A stretch of DNA of 64,000 nt from Eubacteriales bacterium (GTDB lineage Bacteria > Bacillota > Clostridia > Oscillospirales > CAG-382). The notes beneath the pieces are model-generated. The model had not been told where the DNA came from, made no database searches, and saw only the letters and a program-made list of their open reading frames with translations. Below are positions 10,201 through 19,630 of this stretch, in pieces. The stretch is from NCBI GenBank assembly GCA_045595785.1, contig JAZOBE010000037.1, forward strand, positions 18,973-82,972, in the 5' to 3' direction. The translations under genes and the position numbers were made by a program. Numbering within the stretch: position 1 is the stretch's first letter; each line of letters begins with the position of its first letter.

Positions 10201-11024
10201 TATTTCCTCCTGTTCATTATAAGTGAAGCCATAGTACCGCGCTCGTTTCCGTGAACACGGTGGGAAAAGAACGTATCGGTATTACAACAGGTGCAAATGC
10301 GGCAAGAAGAAATATTCTCTTCTCTAACACCGCTGTTTTGAAGCGCTTTTTCGTTTACGCCCGTAAGATCCAACATAAACTTGCCGTTTTCGGCAGGAAC
10401 AAAATACTCACCGAAGGAAGGGTCCTTCTGCGTAAAATAATCGTAAAGCTCCGCACCCACCTCATAACAGCAAACGCCTGCGCAAGGTCCGATGGCAGCT
10501 ATAATATTTTCTCTTTTGCTTCCCATACCGCACATTTTGTCTAAGGCAACGGCGGATATTCCGCCAAGAGTTCCGCGCCAACCGGAATGAACTGCGCCGC
10601 AAACGTTGTTAACGGTATCATACAGCAGAATAGGAACGCAATCCGCGCTGCGGACAGAAAGCAAAGTATCCTGACAAGCGGTAACCAGACCGTCCACGTC
10701 AAAATCAAAGGGAGGCTTTACCGTGCCCGTGCCTCTATGCTCGTCCTTAACCTCTATGACCGTGGTGCTGTGAGTCTGATAGGTTCGGCAGACAGAACGT
10801 TCGTCTAATCCGAAAACCGAAGCGGCAATGCGGTGGTTTGCCAGCACGTTCTCAGCACTGTCCTTTTTCTCACCCAGACCTACCGCAAAATTAAGGGTAT
10901 CGAACGGCGGAGTGCTTACACCGCCGTGTCGGGTAAAGAATGCGTGGGGAACAGAAAATCTATCAAAAAGCGGAGAAGTATAATACACCGCTTTATCGTT
11001 ATGCAAAACAAATTGATGGGTCAA
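10200..11024 (-). CDS. pgeF: Peptidoglycan editing factor PgeF (YfiH/YlmD family)
   Basis: HAFFTRHGG, QTHS, DGLVT, ADCVPIL, AVHSGWRG, FFSHR. Confidence 0.9.
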   Translation of the reverse strand: MTHQFVLHNDKAVYYTSPLFDRFSVPHAFFTRHGGVSTPPFDTLNFAVGLGEKKDSAENVLANHRIAASVFGLDERSVCRTYQTHSTTVIEVKDEHRGTGTVKPPFDFDVDGLVTACQDTLLSVRSADCVPILLYDTVNNVCGAVHSGWRGTLGGISAVALDKMCGMGSKRENIIAAIGPCAGVCCYEVGAELYDYFTQKDPSFGEYFVPAENGKFMLDLTGVNEKALQNSGVREENISSCRICTCCNTDTFFSHRVHGNERGTMASLIMNRRK

Positions 11025-11106
11025 AAAATATCACCTCATAAAATTATAACATAGAGATATACACTTTGCAAGAAACATTATTTTTTATTTTTTATTAAAA
11101 AAACTA

Positions 11107-11135
11107 TTGACAAATCACTTTTGACTTGATATAAT
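11107..11135 (+). promoter_or_regulatory. sigma-A promoter of the tRNA pair
   Basis: Consensus TTGACA-17 nt-TATAAT with an upstream A-tract (UP-like). Confidence 0.85.
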
Positions 11136-11176
11136 AAGCAAGCTGTCATAAAGACGGCGCAAAAAGCGGAATATAT

Positions 11177-11252
11177 GGCGGAATAGCTCAGTTGGCAGAG
11201 CATCCGGTTCATACCCGGCAGGTCGTAGGTTCAAGTCCCACTTCCGCTACCA
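11177..11252 (+). tRNA. tRNA-Met (CAT), elongator type
   Basis: 76-nt cloverleaf GGCGGAA..., anticodon loop TTCATAC, T-loop TTCAAGT, encoded CCA; lacks the three G-C anticodon pairs and C1 mismatch of initiator tRNA. Confidence 0.9.
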
Positions 11253-11257
11253 TTTAA

Positions 11258-11332
11258 GGCCCGTTGGTCAAGCGGTTAAGACACCGCCCTTTCACGGCGG
11301 TAACAGGAGTTCGATTCTCCTACGGGTCACCA
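11258..11332 (+). tRNA. tRNA-Glu (TTC)
   Basis: GGCCCGTTGGTCAAGCGGTTAAGACACCGCCCTTTCACGGCGGTAACAGGAGTTCGATTCTCCTACGGGTCACCA. Confidence 0.95.
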
Positions 11333-11366
11333 AAAAAATCCGAGAACTTTGTTCTCGGATTTTTTT
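11333..11366 (+). terminator. Terminator of the tRNA transcript
   Basis: A7-TCCGAGAAC-TTT-GTTCTCGGA-T7 perfect hairpin. Confidence 0.85.
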
Positions 11367-11384
11367 ATCCAGGCCGACGTTTCA

Positions 11385-11600
11385 GGGTCCCCAAAGCGAA
11401 CAAAGTGAGCTTTGGGTTAAAAGTAGGCTTGGTATGGCATCCGTCGATTTGCGGCGGCATGAAATCATATGGCAAAGCAAGGTTGAAAAGCCTTGCTTTT
11501 TTAGCGAATTCGGGCATCTGCCCGATTTCGCGCAGCGGACGTCCACGCGCTATGCTTGCCCCAGACGCAAGCGTCGGGAAGAAAGGGTTGAATTTTCAAC
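11385..11600. repeat. Cluster of short inverted repeats; candidate REP/MITE-like element or structured ncRNA
   Basis: Six inverted repeats at 11390-11416, 11441-11457, 11474-11499, 11504-11531, 11554-11572 and 11587-11600; no credible ORF. Confidence 0.55.
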
Positions 11601-11705
11601 TTGTATTAGAAAAATTCTCTCCAAATGAGTTATTGTTTTTATGGTGACGTGTGATATAATCATATCAGGATAAGCGCTGATCCAAAACAATTTGGAGGAA
11701 CAACA

Positions 11706-12509
11706 ATGATAAAACTTGGAGAAAAAATTAAGTCTTTAAGAAAACAGAAAAATATATCACAAGAGGTTTTCGCTAACTATCTCGGCGTATCTTTTCAAGC
11801 CGTTTCAAAGTGGGAAAACGGTAACACTATGCCGGACGTAACTATGATTCCTGCTATCGCTTCCTTCTTCGGCATTTCCACCGATGAGCTCTTTGATTTT
11901 AATCTTTACGAAATTGAGAAAAATATCGAAGTAATTGTTGATGAACACAGCAAGTATTGGGATGAGGATAAAGAGAAAGCTGAACAGATAATTCGTGAAG
12001 GATTAAAGCGATACCCCGGAAATGATGTGTTACTCAACTGCTTGATTGGTGTTATTTCGGAATTGGGCAAAAACGACGAAGTTATATCAATTGGCAAAGC
12101 TCTTGTTGAAAGCACAAAATACGACGATGTGCGGATGGATGCATATCGTATTATGGCAGAGGCGTACAAAGCAAAGGGCGAATACCAATTGGCTAAAAAG
12201 GCTATAGAGCATATTCCCGAGGTATATTTTTCTAATTTATATGTAAAAGCATATCTGTTAGAAGGAGAAGAACAGTTCGAAGCAGCCACAAAAGAGGCTT
12301 CTTTGTGCTTTGAGCATTTGGTATGGATGCTTGAAATTTTAGGAAATATCTATATTAAAATGGGAGCAATTGAAAAAGCTAAAATACAGTACACACAAGC
12401 AATTAATGTACTGAAAGCATTTGATAATGATTTTGCAACGAAATATACACATAGCAAATATGATTCCGAAAAGATTAAAGAGCTTGAAGTCAAATTGTCT
12501 TTGATTTGA
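11706..12509 (+). CDS. XRE-family HTH transcriptional regulator with TPR-like C-terminal domain
   Basis: LGEKIKSLRKQKNISQEVFANYLGVSFQAVSKWENGNTMPD; helical C-terminus; GGAGG RBS; TGN-TATAAT upstream. Confidence 0.85.
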   Translation: MIKLGEKIKSLRKQKNISQEVFANYLGVSFQAVSKWENGNTMPDVTMIPAIASFFGISTDELFDFNLYEIEKNIEVIVDEHSKYWDEDKEKAEQIIREGLKRYPGNDVLLNCLIGVISELGKNDEVISIGKALVESTKYDDVRMDAYRIMAEAYKAKGEYQLAKKAIEHIPEVYFSNLYVKAYLLEGEEQFEAATKEASLCFEHLVWMLEILGNIYIKMGAIEKAKIQYTQAINVLKAFDNDFATKYTHSKYDSEKIKELEVKLSLI

Positions 12510-12532
12510 TAAACCGTTTTTCTTGACCCCCT

Positions 12533-12556
12533 GCCCCACATAACGTGGGGCTTTTT
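12533..12556 (+). terminator. Terminator after the XRE gene
   Basis: GCCCCAC-ATAAC-GTGGGGC-TTTTT. Confidence 0.7.
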
Positions 12557-12634
12557 GTATTTTTAATTGATAATTGACTATATACTTATTATATGGTAAA
12601 ATATATAATAAAATATTTTGACGGGAGGAAGATA

Positions 12635-14089
12635 ATGGCTGAAACAATACAAAAATTTTTCGGTATACAGTCTCCTGCCGCCATGGTTATTATAACCATA
12701 GCATTAATGCTGTTTTGCGGTTTCGCCTTAACGAGGCTTACCAAGCTGTTAAAGCTGCCCAACGTCACGGCGTATATTATCACGGGAATTTTGCTGGGGC
12801 CATATGTTTTGGACGCCGTACCAAAGGAAATTGTTGAGGGAACGGAGTTTTTATCCGATATAGCGCTGGCGTTTATCGCATTCAGCACAGGCGAATTCTT
12901 TAAGCTGAACGTATTAAAGAAAAACGGTGCCAAGGTGCTTATTATAACCCTTGCGGAAGCGTTGCTTTCCGCCGCGGCGGTATTCGGTGTGCTGTACGGA
13001 ATATTCAGAGTGGAGCTTGCTTTTTCTATCGTGCTTTCCGCGTTGGCGGCGGCAACTGCATCTGCATCTACGATGATGACTATACGGCAAACAGGGGCAA
13101 AGGGAGATTTTGTAAACACTCTGCTTCAGGTGGTGGCGCTGGACAACGTAATAAGCCTTATCGCTTACTCGGTGGCAATATCGGTGGCGACAGCCTTGAT
13201 AGGCGCGTCTCACAGCGTTTCGGCAGGTGACGTGCTGTATCCCCTACTTATAAATGCGGGCGTTTTGATAGTGGGATGCGTGTTTGGATTTTTCCTCAAC
13301 GCATTACTGAAAAAGCGGTCTACCGATAACCGTCTTATAGTTTCGATTGCGGTGCTGTTTGCCTTCTGCGGTATCTGCGCTGTACTGGACGTTTCTCCCC
13401 TGCTGGGATGTATGTCTATGGCGACGGTATATATTAACGTATCCGGCGACGAAAAGCTGTTCAAGCAGTTAAACTATTTCAGCCCTCCGATGCTGCTGCT
13501 TTTCTTTGTTAGGTCAGGAGTGAGCTTTGACCTGGGCGCGCTGTTTGATTTTTCTGCATCGGTAGGCTCGGTTTCTTTGCTTACCATCGGAATTGCATAT
13601 TTCGTTGTAAGAATAATCGGTAAATACGCAGGAGCGTACATTGGCTGTCTTGCCGCTAAAAAGGACAAAAAGGTGCGAAATTTCCTTGGCTTTGCCCTTG
13701 TGCCTCAAGCAGGCGTAAGTATAGGTCTTGCGGCATTGGGCGCCCGTGCGCTTGGCGGTGAGATAGGTGACGCGCTGACAACCGTAATACTTGCATCGGG
13801 CGTGCTGTACGAGCTGGTGGGCCCTGCGGCGGCAAAAATGTCGCTTCATCTAGCAGGTGCCTACTCGGATAAACTGGAAGATATAGTTTTGGTAGAAACG
13901 GTTACGCCTGACGGAAGAATAAAAACCGACGCGCAACTTCTTACCGAGAGAATACAAAAGATACAAGAGGAGTTGCCTGAAAAGGGTGATACTCCCAATG
14001 AAGACGAGCAGGCGTTTCTTGAAGCGGCGGAGGAGCAGTATGCATCCATGCTGGCATCACGCAGGAAGCCCTTTTCAAGAAACAGATAA
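12635..14089 (+). CDS. Cation:proton antiporter (CPA2 / Na+/H+ exchanger family)
   Basis: About 12 TM segments with AYIITGILLGP and LDNVISLI; start moved to ATG 12635 after GGAGG; charged C-terminal tail. Confidence 0.85.
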   Translation: MAETIQKFFGIQSPAAMVIITIALMLFCGFALTRLTKLLKLPNVTAYIITGILLGPYVLDAVPKEIVEGTEFLSDIALAFIAFSTGEFFKLNVLKKNGAKVLIITLAEALLSAAAVFGVLYGIFRVELAFSIVLSALAAATASASTMMTIRQTGAKGDFVNTLLQVVALDNVISLIAYSVAISVATALIGASHSVSAGDVLYPLLINAGVLIVGCVFGFFLNALLKKRSTDNRLIVSIAVLFAFCGICAVLDVSPLLGCMSMATVYINVSGDEKLFKQLNYFSPPMLLLFFVRSGVSFDLGALFDFSASVGSVSLLTIGIAYFVVRIIGKYAGAYIGCLAAKKDKKVRNFLGFALVPQAGVSIGLAALGARALGGEIGDALTTVILASGVLYELVGPAAAKMSLHLAGAYSDKLEDIVLVETVTPDGRIKTDAQLLTERIQKIQEELPEKGDTPNEDEQAFLEAAEEQYASMLASRRKPFSRNR

Positions 14090-14100
14090 GGAGGAAGATT

Positions 14101-14820
14101 ATGATAAACGACCCTTTGGCAACCTTGATGGGAAGTTGGTCAACCGAAATTAATATCTACACCATTCTTTTGAGAATAGGTATTTCCATGCTGTTTTCGG
14201 CGTTTATAGGAATTGAACGCTCTTCAAAACGCCATTCTGCAGGACTGCGTACCTTTATTATGGTGTCCCTTGCAGGCACGGTGGCGATGCTTACCGATAT
14301 TTTCCTTATATCGGAAACCAAGATGAGTATACCCGTCCTTTCTGCGGCAGTAGTCATCGGCGGTGCGATGATAAGCGGAAACTCCGTGCTGTACAGCTCA
14401 AAAAGCCAGATAAAAGGACTTACCACCTCTGCAGCACTCTGGGCGTGCGGTGTTATCGGGCTTACGGCAGGCGCAGGACTGTATACCGTAACTTTGGTAG
14501 CATTTATTGCGGTAATATGCGGACTTTCTCTTTTCCCCACCATCGAGCACGGACTAAAAGACAGATTTAACCATTTTGAGATACATCTGGAACTGAAAAA
14601 CAAAAGCAACCTTCAGGATTTTGTAACCACCATAAGAAAGCTGGGAATGGTTATTGATAACATTGAATCCAACCCTGCGTATATAAATTCGGGACTGAGC
14701 GTTTATACGGTTTCGGTTACTATACACGGCAAGGAACTGAAGAAATACAAAAAGCACTCGGAAATAATTGAGGCGTTAAGCACACTGGAATACGTTTATC
14801 ATATAGAGGAAATGGAATAA
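14101..14820 (+). CDS. MgtC/SapB family membrane protein
   Basis: IGIERSSKRHSAGLRTF, GLTTSAALWA; C-terminal ACT-like domain. Confidence 0.88.
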   Translation: MINDPLATLMGSWSTEINIYTILLRIGISMLFSAFIGIERSSKRHSAGLRTFIMVSLAGTVAMLTDIFLISETKMSIPVLSAAVVIGGAMISGNSVLYSSKSQIKGLTTSAALWACGVIGLTAGAGLYTVTLVAFIAVICGLSLFPTIEHGLKDRFNHFEIHLELKNKSNLQDFVTTIRKLGMVIDNIESNPAYINSGLSVYTVSVTIHGKELKKYKKHSEIIEALSTLEYVYHIEEME

Positions 14821-15845
14821 TGATACGATTTGAATGTGATTATACTGACGGATGCGCACCTCAGGTGTTGGATGCGCTGATAAAAACAAACGGACTTAAC
14901 ACCGTTGGCTACGGAAAGGACGAGTTTTGTGCTGCCGCCTCAGAAAAGATAAAGAAATACTGCTGTGCGCCCAATGCGGAGGTGCATTTTGCAGTCGGCG
15001 GTACACAAACAAATACTATAATTATTTCTTCCGTGCTCCGTCCCTTTGAGTGCGTAGTATGCTGTGAAAGCGGACATATCAACGTTCACGAGACAGGAGC
15101 TATCGAGGCGACGGGCCACAAGGTATATGCCCTTCCTGCGGTAGACGGAAAAATACAAGCATCTGATCTTGAAAAACTGCTTTCACTTCCCGAAAACGAG
15201 CACGAGGTAAAGCCGGGAATAGTTTATATATCCTTCCCTTCCGAAACCGGCTCCATCTACTCCGCAAAAGAGCTTGAGGATATTTACGGTATCTGCCAAA
15301 AGTACGGTGTTCCTTTGTTTATTGACGGTGCACGTCTCGCATACGGTCTTGCCGCACGGGAAAACGACGTTACCCTGCCCTACCTTGCTTCCCACTGCGA
15401 TGTGTTTTACATCGGCGGTACAAAATGCGGGGCTATGTTTGGCGAGGCAATGGTGTTTACCAACCCCGCCCTTGCAAAAAACATACGCCATATGATAAAA
15501 CGCCAAGGCGCTATGCTTGCCAAAGGCAGACTTCTGGGCGTTCAATTTGACGCGCTGTTTACCGACGGAGTATATTTTACCCTCGGCGAGCACGCGATGA
15601 AAATGGCGGACAAAATTAAGAAATGCCTTGCGGACAATGGCATTGACTTGTACTATCAGTCCCCAACCAACCAGATATTCCCTATATTCGAAAACAGCGT
15701 TTTGGAAAAGCTAAAAGAAAAGTATTCCTTTGAGCACATGGCTTCTCTCGATGAGAAAACGGCGGTGCGTATATGCCCCGGATGGTCAACCAAGGAAGAA
15801 AACGTGGATATGCTGATAGAAGACATAAACAATTTAGTAAAATAA
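14820..15845 (+). CDS. Low-specificity L-threonine aldolase (PLP-dependent)
   Basis: FECDY, GGTQTN, HINVHETGAIE, DGARL, GGTKCG (PLP lysine). Confidence 0.88.
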   Translation: MIRFECDYTDGCAPQVLDALIKTNGLNTVGYGKDEFCAAASEKIKKYCCAPNAEVHFAVGGTQTNTIIISSVLRPFECVVCCESGHINVHETGAIEATGHKVYALPAVDGKIQASDLEKLLSLPENEHEVKPGIVYISFPSETGSIYSAKELEDIYGICQKYGVPLFIDGARLAYGLAARENDVTLPYLASHCDVFYIGGTKCGAMFGEAMVFTNPALAKNIRHMIKRQGAMLAKGRLLGVQFDALFTDGVYFTLGEHAMKMADKIKKCLADNGIDLYYQSPTNQIFPIFENSVLEKLKEKYSFEHMASLDEKTAVRICPGWSTKEENVDMLIEDINNLVK

Positions 15846-15849
15846 CGAT

Positions 15850-15878
15850 AAAACCGCCGAAGATTTTCGGCGGTTTTT
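15850..15878. terminator. Bidirectional terminator between convergent genes
   Basis: AAAACCGCCGAA-GAT-TTTCGGCGGTTTTT. Confidence 0.8.
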
Positions 15879-15898
15879 GTATTTATCATATTGAATGT

Positions 15899-16480
15899 TT
15901 ATAAAGTGGCTAAAAGAGCTTCCGTATCCACTTCGTAGACAGCGCAAACATACACATCAACGTTGCCATCGCCTACAAGGTCTTGCTCTAACAATGCTTT
16001 ATATTCCGTTTTGAATTTGTATGCATCGCGTTCGTTGGAAAACAATCCGTTTTCGTTGAGAAGTGCTCGATAGTTTTCAAACCTTTCGTTATTATACAAA
16101 TCGTACAATGTCATAATACTCAACGGTATTTCGGTAACCTCATAACCGAGAAATATTCTTTTCGGGATTTCGTCTTTCCATATCTCGTGAGGATAATCAC
16201 TTTCGATGAAAAGAAGGCGGAGGTTAAAGCCTAATGAATTGCACATAAAAATATATCTTTTTGCCAAATCGGAATCAAAAACAAATTCGTTGCATATTTC
16301 CGGACTTTCCGGAGGCCGATTAAACATTCTCTCGTGTTGTAACGCGGCTATTTCGGTTGCTTTTACTCCTAGCAAAGGGTCGTCATACAGATTGTGTATT
16401 CCTTTATAGTTGGGGGGCACAAAATCCATCGCTTTGTTTACGGCGCCCAGTTCTTGAATTAGAAGACCATTTGAGTACAT
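15899..16480 (-). CDS. Hypothetical protein (193 aa)
   Basis: Open frame starting 3 nt after the upstream stop, RBS-like GAGGGA; no family recognised. Confidence 0.65.
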   Translation of the reverse strand: MYSNGLLIQELGAVNKAMDFVPPNYKGIHNLYDDPLLGVKATEIAALQHERMFNRPPESPEICNEFVFDSDLAKRYIFMCNSLGFNLRLLFIESDYPHEIWKDEIPKRIFLGYEVTEIPLSIMTLYDLYNNERFENYRALLNENGLFSNERDAYKFKTEYKALLEQDLVGDGNVDVYVCAVYEVDTEALLATL

Positions 16481-16483
16481 TTT

Positions 16484-17278
16484 TTATTCCCTCACATTCA
16501 TTATTTCACATATCCCGTCGGGCGGGGCAACGCGGAGAATTACTTCCTCCCCTACTCTTATACCGCTTCCGGCAAGAGTACCGCGTGCAGCGGCGAGAGC
16601 AAGAGGCGGACGGTTGTTTTCCTCACTTAAATGTGCCAGCACCACACGCTTCGTTCCGCTATTAACAAGACGGCAGAGAAGCTGACCGCAATCACAATTG
16701 GAAAGATGGCCGTAATCCGAAAGAATACGGTTTTTAAGCGCTCTGGGATAGGGTCCGTTATCCAACAGTTCAAGATCGTGGTTGGATTCCACCACCACGC
16801 TGTCTGCACCGCAAAGAGCATCCCACACTTGGTCACTGATATGACCGATATCGGTTGCATAACCGATAACACCGTCCGGAGTGGTTATGCGGAAGCAGAC
16901 CGAGCCCTGGCTATCATGAGGGGTGGCGTATGCAGTAACCGACGTATCAAGCAAAGTTACGGTGTTGCCCGGCTCGTTTTCACAAAGAAACGGCGAAACA
17001 TCGGGAAAATTCTTTTTTATGTAGCGTGCACACAAATAGGGCGCATACACGGGAATGCCGTATTTTTTGCATATAACGGCAAGACCCTTTATATGGTCTG
17101 TATGCTCGTGTGTGACAAAGATAGCAGAAATATTTTTAATATCCGTTCCCACGTTTACAAGTGCATCCGCTATACGCTTGGCGGAAACACCTGCATCGAT
17201 TAGAAACTCATCTCTGCCGGAACGGACATAAGTGCAGTTCCCCTTTGAAGAGGAAAACAAGGTACAGGCAAATACCAT
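16484..17278 (-). CDS. MBL-fold metallo-hydrolase, YycJ/WalJ-like
   Basis: SSSKGN, LIDAG, THEHTDH, PHDS, ESNHD, GHLSN, LAHLSEENN. Confidence 0.88.
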   Translation of the reverse strand: MVFACTLFSSSKGNCTYVRSGRDEFLIDAGVSAKRIADALVNVGTDIKNISAIFVTHEHTDHIKGLAVICKKYGIPVYAPYLCARYIKKNFPDVSPFLCENEPGNTVTLLDTSVTAYATPHDSQGSVCFRITTPDGVIGYATDIGHISDQVWDALCGADSVVVESNHDLELLDNGPYPRALKNRILSDYGHLSNCDCGQLLCRLVNSGTKRVVLAHLSEENNRPPLALAAARGTLAGSGIRVGEEVILRVAPPDGICEIMNVRE

Positions 17279-17281
17279 AAT

Positions 17282-18577
17282 TTACCTTGCCTCGGTTATC
17301 TTATCGCCGTCAATACAAGCGGCGCCGTAAGGACGGATATTAAGGAACATACAGCTTCCATCACCGAACACACGCTCCATCTTTTCGCGGTATTCTTCCT
17401 TACGGGAAACGGGGAGATAGGTCTGTATGGTACCTGCAAATCCGCCGCCGTGAACACGGCAAACAAGGCCCATACGCTCGGTAAGGCAGAGGGCAAGAGA
17501 AAGTCCCTGCTCGGATACGTTCTTGTTTGTATATACGTTCTGAAGGAAACGGAACGAAGAATTGCCGGATGCGGTTACACAGCGGAAATATCCCTGGGTA
17601 TCACCCTTTTCAAGACATTCAACAGCGGTATCAACGCGGCGGTTTTCCTCAAAATAATGCATTGCGCGCATAATAGCTCTATCGCCTACGTTGGCACGGA
17701 GATATGCAACACGGGAAACAAACTCATCCTCATCCACCTGACGGAGTGTTTTCTTGCCCATAAGAGCTGCGCAGGAAAGCATTTCCGAGGGGACGGAAGC
17801 GTAATCATCAGTAAGATCGGCGTGGTTTCCTCCGGTGTTTACTATACAAAGAACGGTATCGCCAAGGTCGGGAGTTATCTTGCGAAGAACCGCCTCTTCA
17901 CCGCCGAAATCAATATACGAGCATCCGCCGGATGCACATGCAGTCTGGTCCATAAGTCCGCAAGGCTTGCCAAAGTACACGTTTTCCGCATATTTTCCTG
18001 CCATTGCAAGGAAAAGAGGAGAAAACTTATTATCGTTATACATAACGTTAAGCATATTTCCGCACATCACCTCAAATGCGGCGGAGGAAGAAATACCGCT
18101 TCCGGTAAGCACATCGCTGGTGGTGCAGGCGCGGATTCCGCCGAGAGTACCGCCGTGAGACTTGAAATAATCACACACGCCGGAAATTACGGAAGAGGAG
18201 CTCCCCTTCTTTGCCTTGTCAGGGTCGATGTCCTCAAGGGACACCACGTCCTCACGGTATCCTTCGGACTTGATACGGATAAAGCTGTCCTCAGCCTTGG
18301 CGGCAAGGGCTATAATATCAATATCCACTGCGGCAGCAAGAACTCTGCCGTTATTATGGTCGGTATGGTTGCCAAGCAATTCGGTTCTTCCGGGAACAGA
18401 CAGCATATACACATCACTGTCACCGTAAAGAGTGAGAAAGCTGTTGGCAAGAGACACCCATCTCTCACGCTGGGAGAGAATTCTGCTTTCACCGTAAAGT
18501 GCGGTAAAGGCTTTGTCGCATCCGCCGGAAGTTATATGGTTTATTAACTGCGAAACTATCATAAAAATATCCTCCAA
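17282..18577 (-). CDS. galK: Galactokinase (GHMP kinase)
   Basis: PGRTELLGNHTDHN, GSGISSSAAFE, CGLMDQ, HGGGFAG. Confidence 0.85.
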   Translation of the reverse strand: MEDIFMIVSQLINHITSGGCDKAFTALYGESRILSQRERWVSLANSFLTLYGDSDVYMLSVPGRTELLGNHTDHNNGRVLAAAVDIDIIALAAKAEDSFIRIKSEGYREDVVSLEDIDPDKAKKGSSSSVISGVCDYFKSHGGTLGGIRACTTSDVLTGSGISSSAAFEVMCGNMLNVMYNDNKFSPLFLAMAGKYAENVYFGKPCGLMDQTACASGGCSYIDFGGEEAVLRKITPDLGDTVLCIVNTGGNHADLTDDYASVPSEMLSCAALMGKKTLRQVDEDEFVSRVAYLRANVGDRAIMRAMHYFEENRRVDTAVECLEKGDTQGYFRCVTASGNSSFRFLQNVYTNKNVSEQGLSLALCLTERMGLVCRVHGGGFAGTIQTYLPVSRKEEYREKMERVFGDGSCMFLNIRPYGAACIDGDKITEAR

Positions 18578-18592
18578 AAGCTGTCTGTATTT

Positions 18593-19630
18593 TTAAGGCA
18601 TACAGTAGACCGATATATCCCACATGGGAACGTACTCTTTTTTTCTTATATAAAGCTTGTATTTAGGGTCGGTACGATGAATAAGGAGCGGCAGCTCCCA
18701 AAGGTCGCCGGTACGGTGATAAAGTGAAACGTTTAATGCAGGACGACAACGCCAGATGACGTTTGCCGCGCCTGCGAGCACCTCGCGCTCGTCACCCTCC
18801 GCATCTATCTTGATACAGCGCACGGATTCGTTTATTGCGATATCGTCAATGCTTTTGACCGGAACAACGATATTTCCCTTTCCTGTAGAAGAGGATCTTC
18901 CGCCACCGCCGGTAAACTGTGTTTCTCCTTCACACCTGCCTGCCGCCGCATTGTATGCGGTAAGACGGGGTATCTCTCTTTTCAGCATTTTGCCGTAAGA
19001 GCGCTTATCAGGCTCAAAGCAAATGATTTTTTCGGTATCGGACGCGGCGTCGTAATATTCCTGCGCCGTATCACCGGTGTATGCGCCAACGTCGATATAA
19101 GTGCCGTCGGGACGGAAGTAGCCTTCGGGCGGAGTATCGTCGCCCTCTTTATACTTAAGATACTTGATATCTCCCGTAATACAATATGCCATTGCACGTC
19201 GGTAAATATCCCTTGAAGTATCATCCGCCAAAAGCGAATAAACCTTTTCTATTTCATCACGATTAGCCAGAATTGTCTGTTTATCGGTAACGCCGTCACC
19301 GCATACCGCCATATAAGGAGTATACAGATAGTGCTTTGCGGTAACTCTATCCAGAATATCGGCTTTTCTGCCCTCCAAAGCAAAGCTGAGCACAGCATTA
19401 AAATCGCCGTACAATTCCTCAGCCTCAGACAGCGACAGCACCTTATACCCCAAAAAGGAATGTCCGCGTACAAAGCCATCGGATGCGAAAACGCCCGTGA
19501 CCTCTATGCCTCGTGAGGTAAGCAGGCTGTAAGCCTTCTCACCACCGTTGCCCATTCCGTAAAGCAGTACCTTTTTGCCGGAGGTCAATAGATATTCAAT
19601 TCCGTCTGTAAGTGAAAAAACATTTTCCAT
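18593..19630 (-). CDS. FkbM family methyltransferase
   Basis: N-terminal LYGMGNGG Rossmann part; YIDVGAYTGD, CFEPD, IKIDAEGDE, SLYH. Confidence 0.85.
   Translation of the reverse strand: MENVFSLTDGIEYLLTSGKKVLLYGMGNGGEKAYSLLTSRGIEVTGVFASDGFVRGHSFLGYKVLSLSEAEELYGDFNAVLSFALEGRKADILDRVTAKHYLYTPYMAVCGDGVTDKQTILANRDEIEKVYSLLADDTSRDIYRRAMAYCITGDIKYLKYKEGDDTPPEGYFRPDGTYIDVGAYTGDTAQEYYDAASDTEKIICFEPDKRSYGKMLKREIPRLTAYNAAAGRCEGETQFTGGGGRSSSTGKGNIVVPVKSIDDIAINESVRCIKIDAEGDEREVLAGAANVIWRCRPALNVSLYHRTGDLWELPLLIHRTDPKYKLYIRKKEYVPMWDISVYCMP

Noticed and set aside
11177-11252. Mismatches in tRNA-Met (T27-C43, A51-C63) suggesting a pseudo-tRNA or tRNA-Ile2
   Set aside because: All invariant residues and CCA are intact, and the sequence pattern fits elongator Met; isolated mismatches are common.
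11706-12560. RRNPP quorum-sensing system (HTH plus TPR regulator with peptide)
   Set aside because: No small RBS-led signal-peptide ORF on either side; XRE-TPR proteins of this type are common in Clostridia.
11258-16480. Integrative island at tRNA-Glu
   Set aside because: No integrase, and I found no duplicated tRNA 3' end (attR) downstream; the genes look like piecemeal additions.
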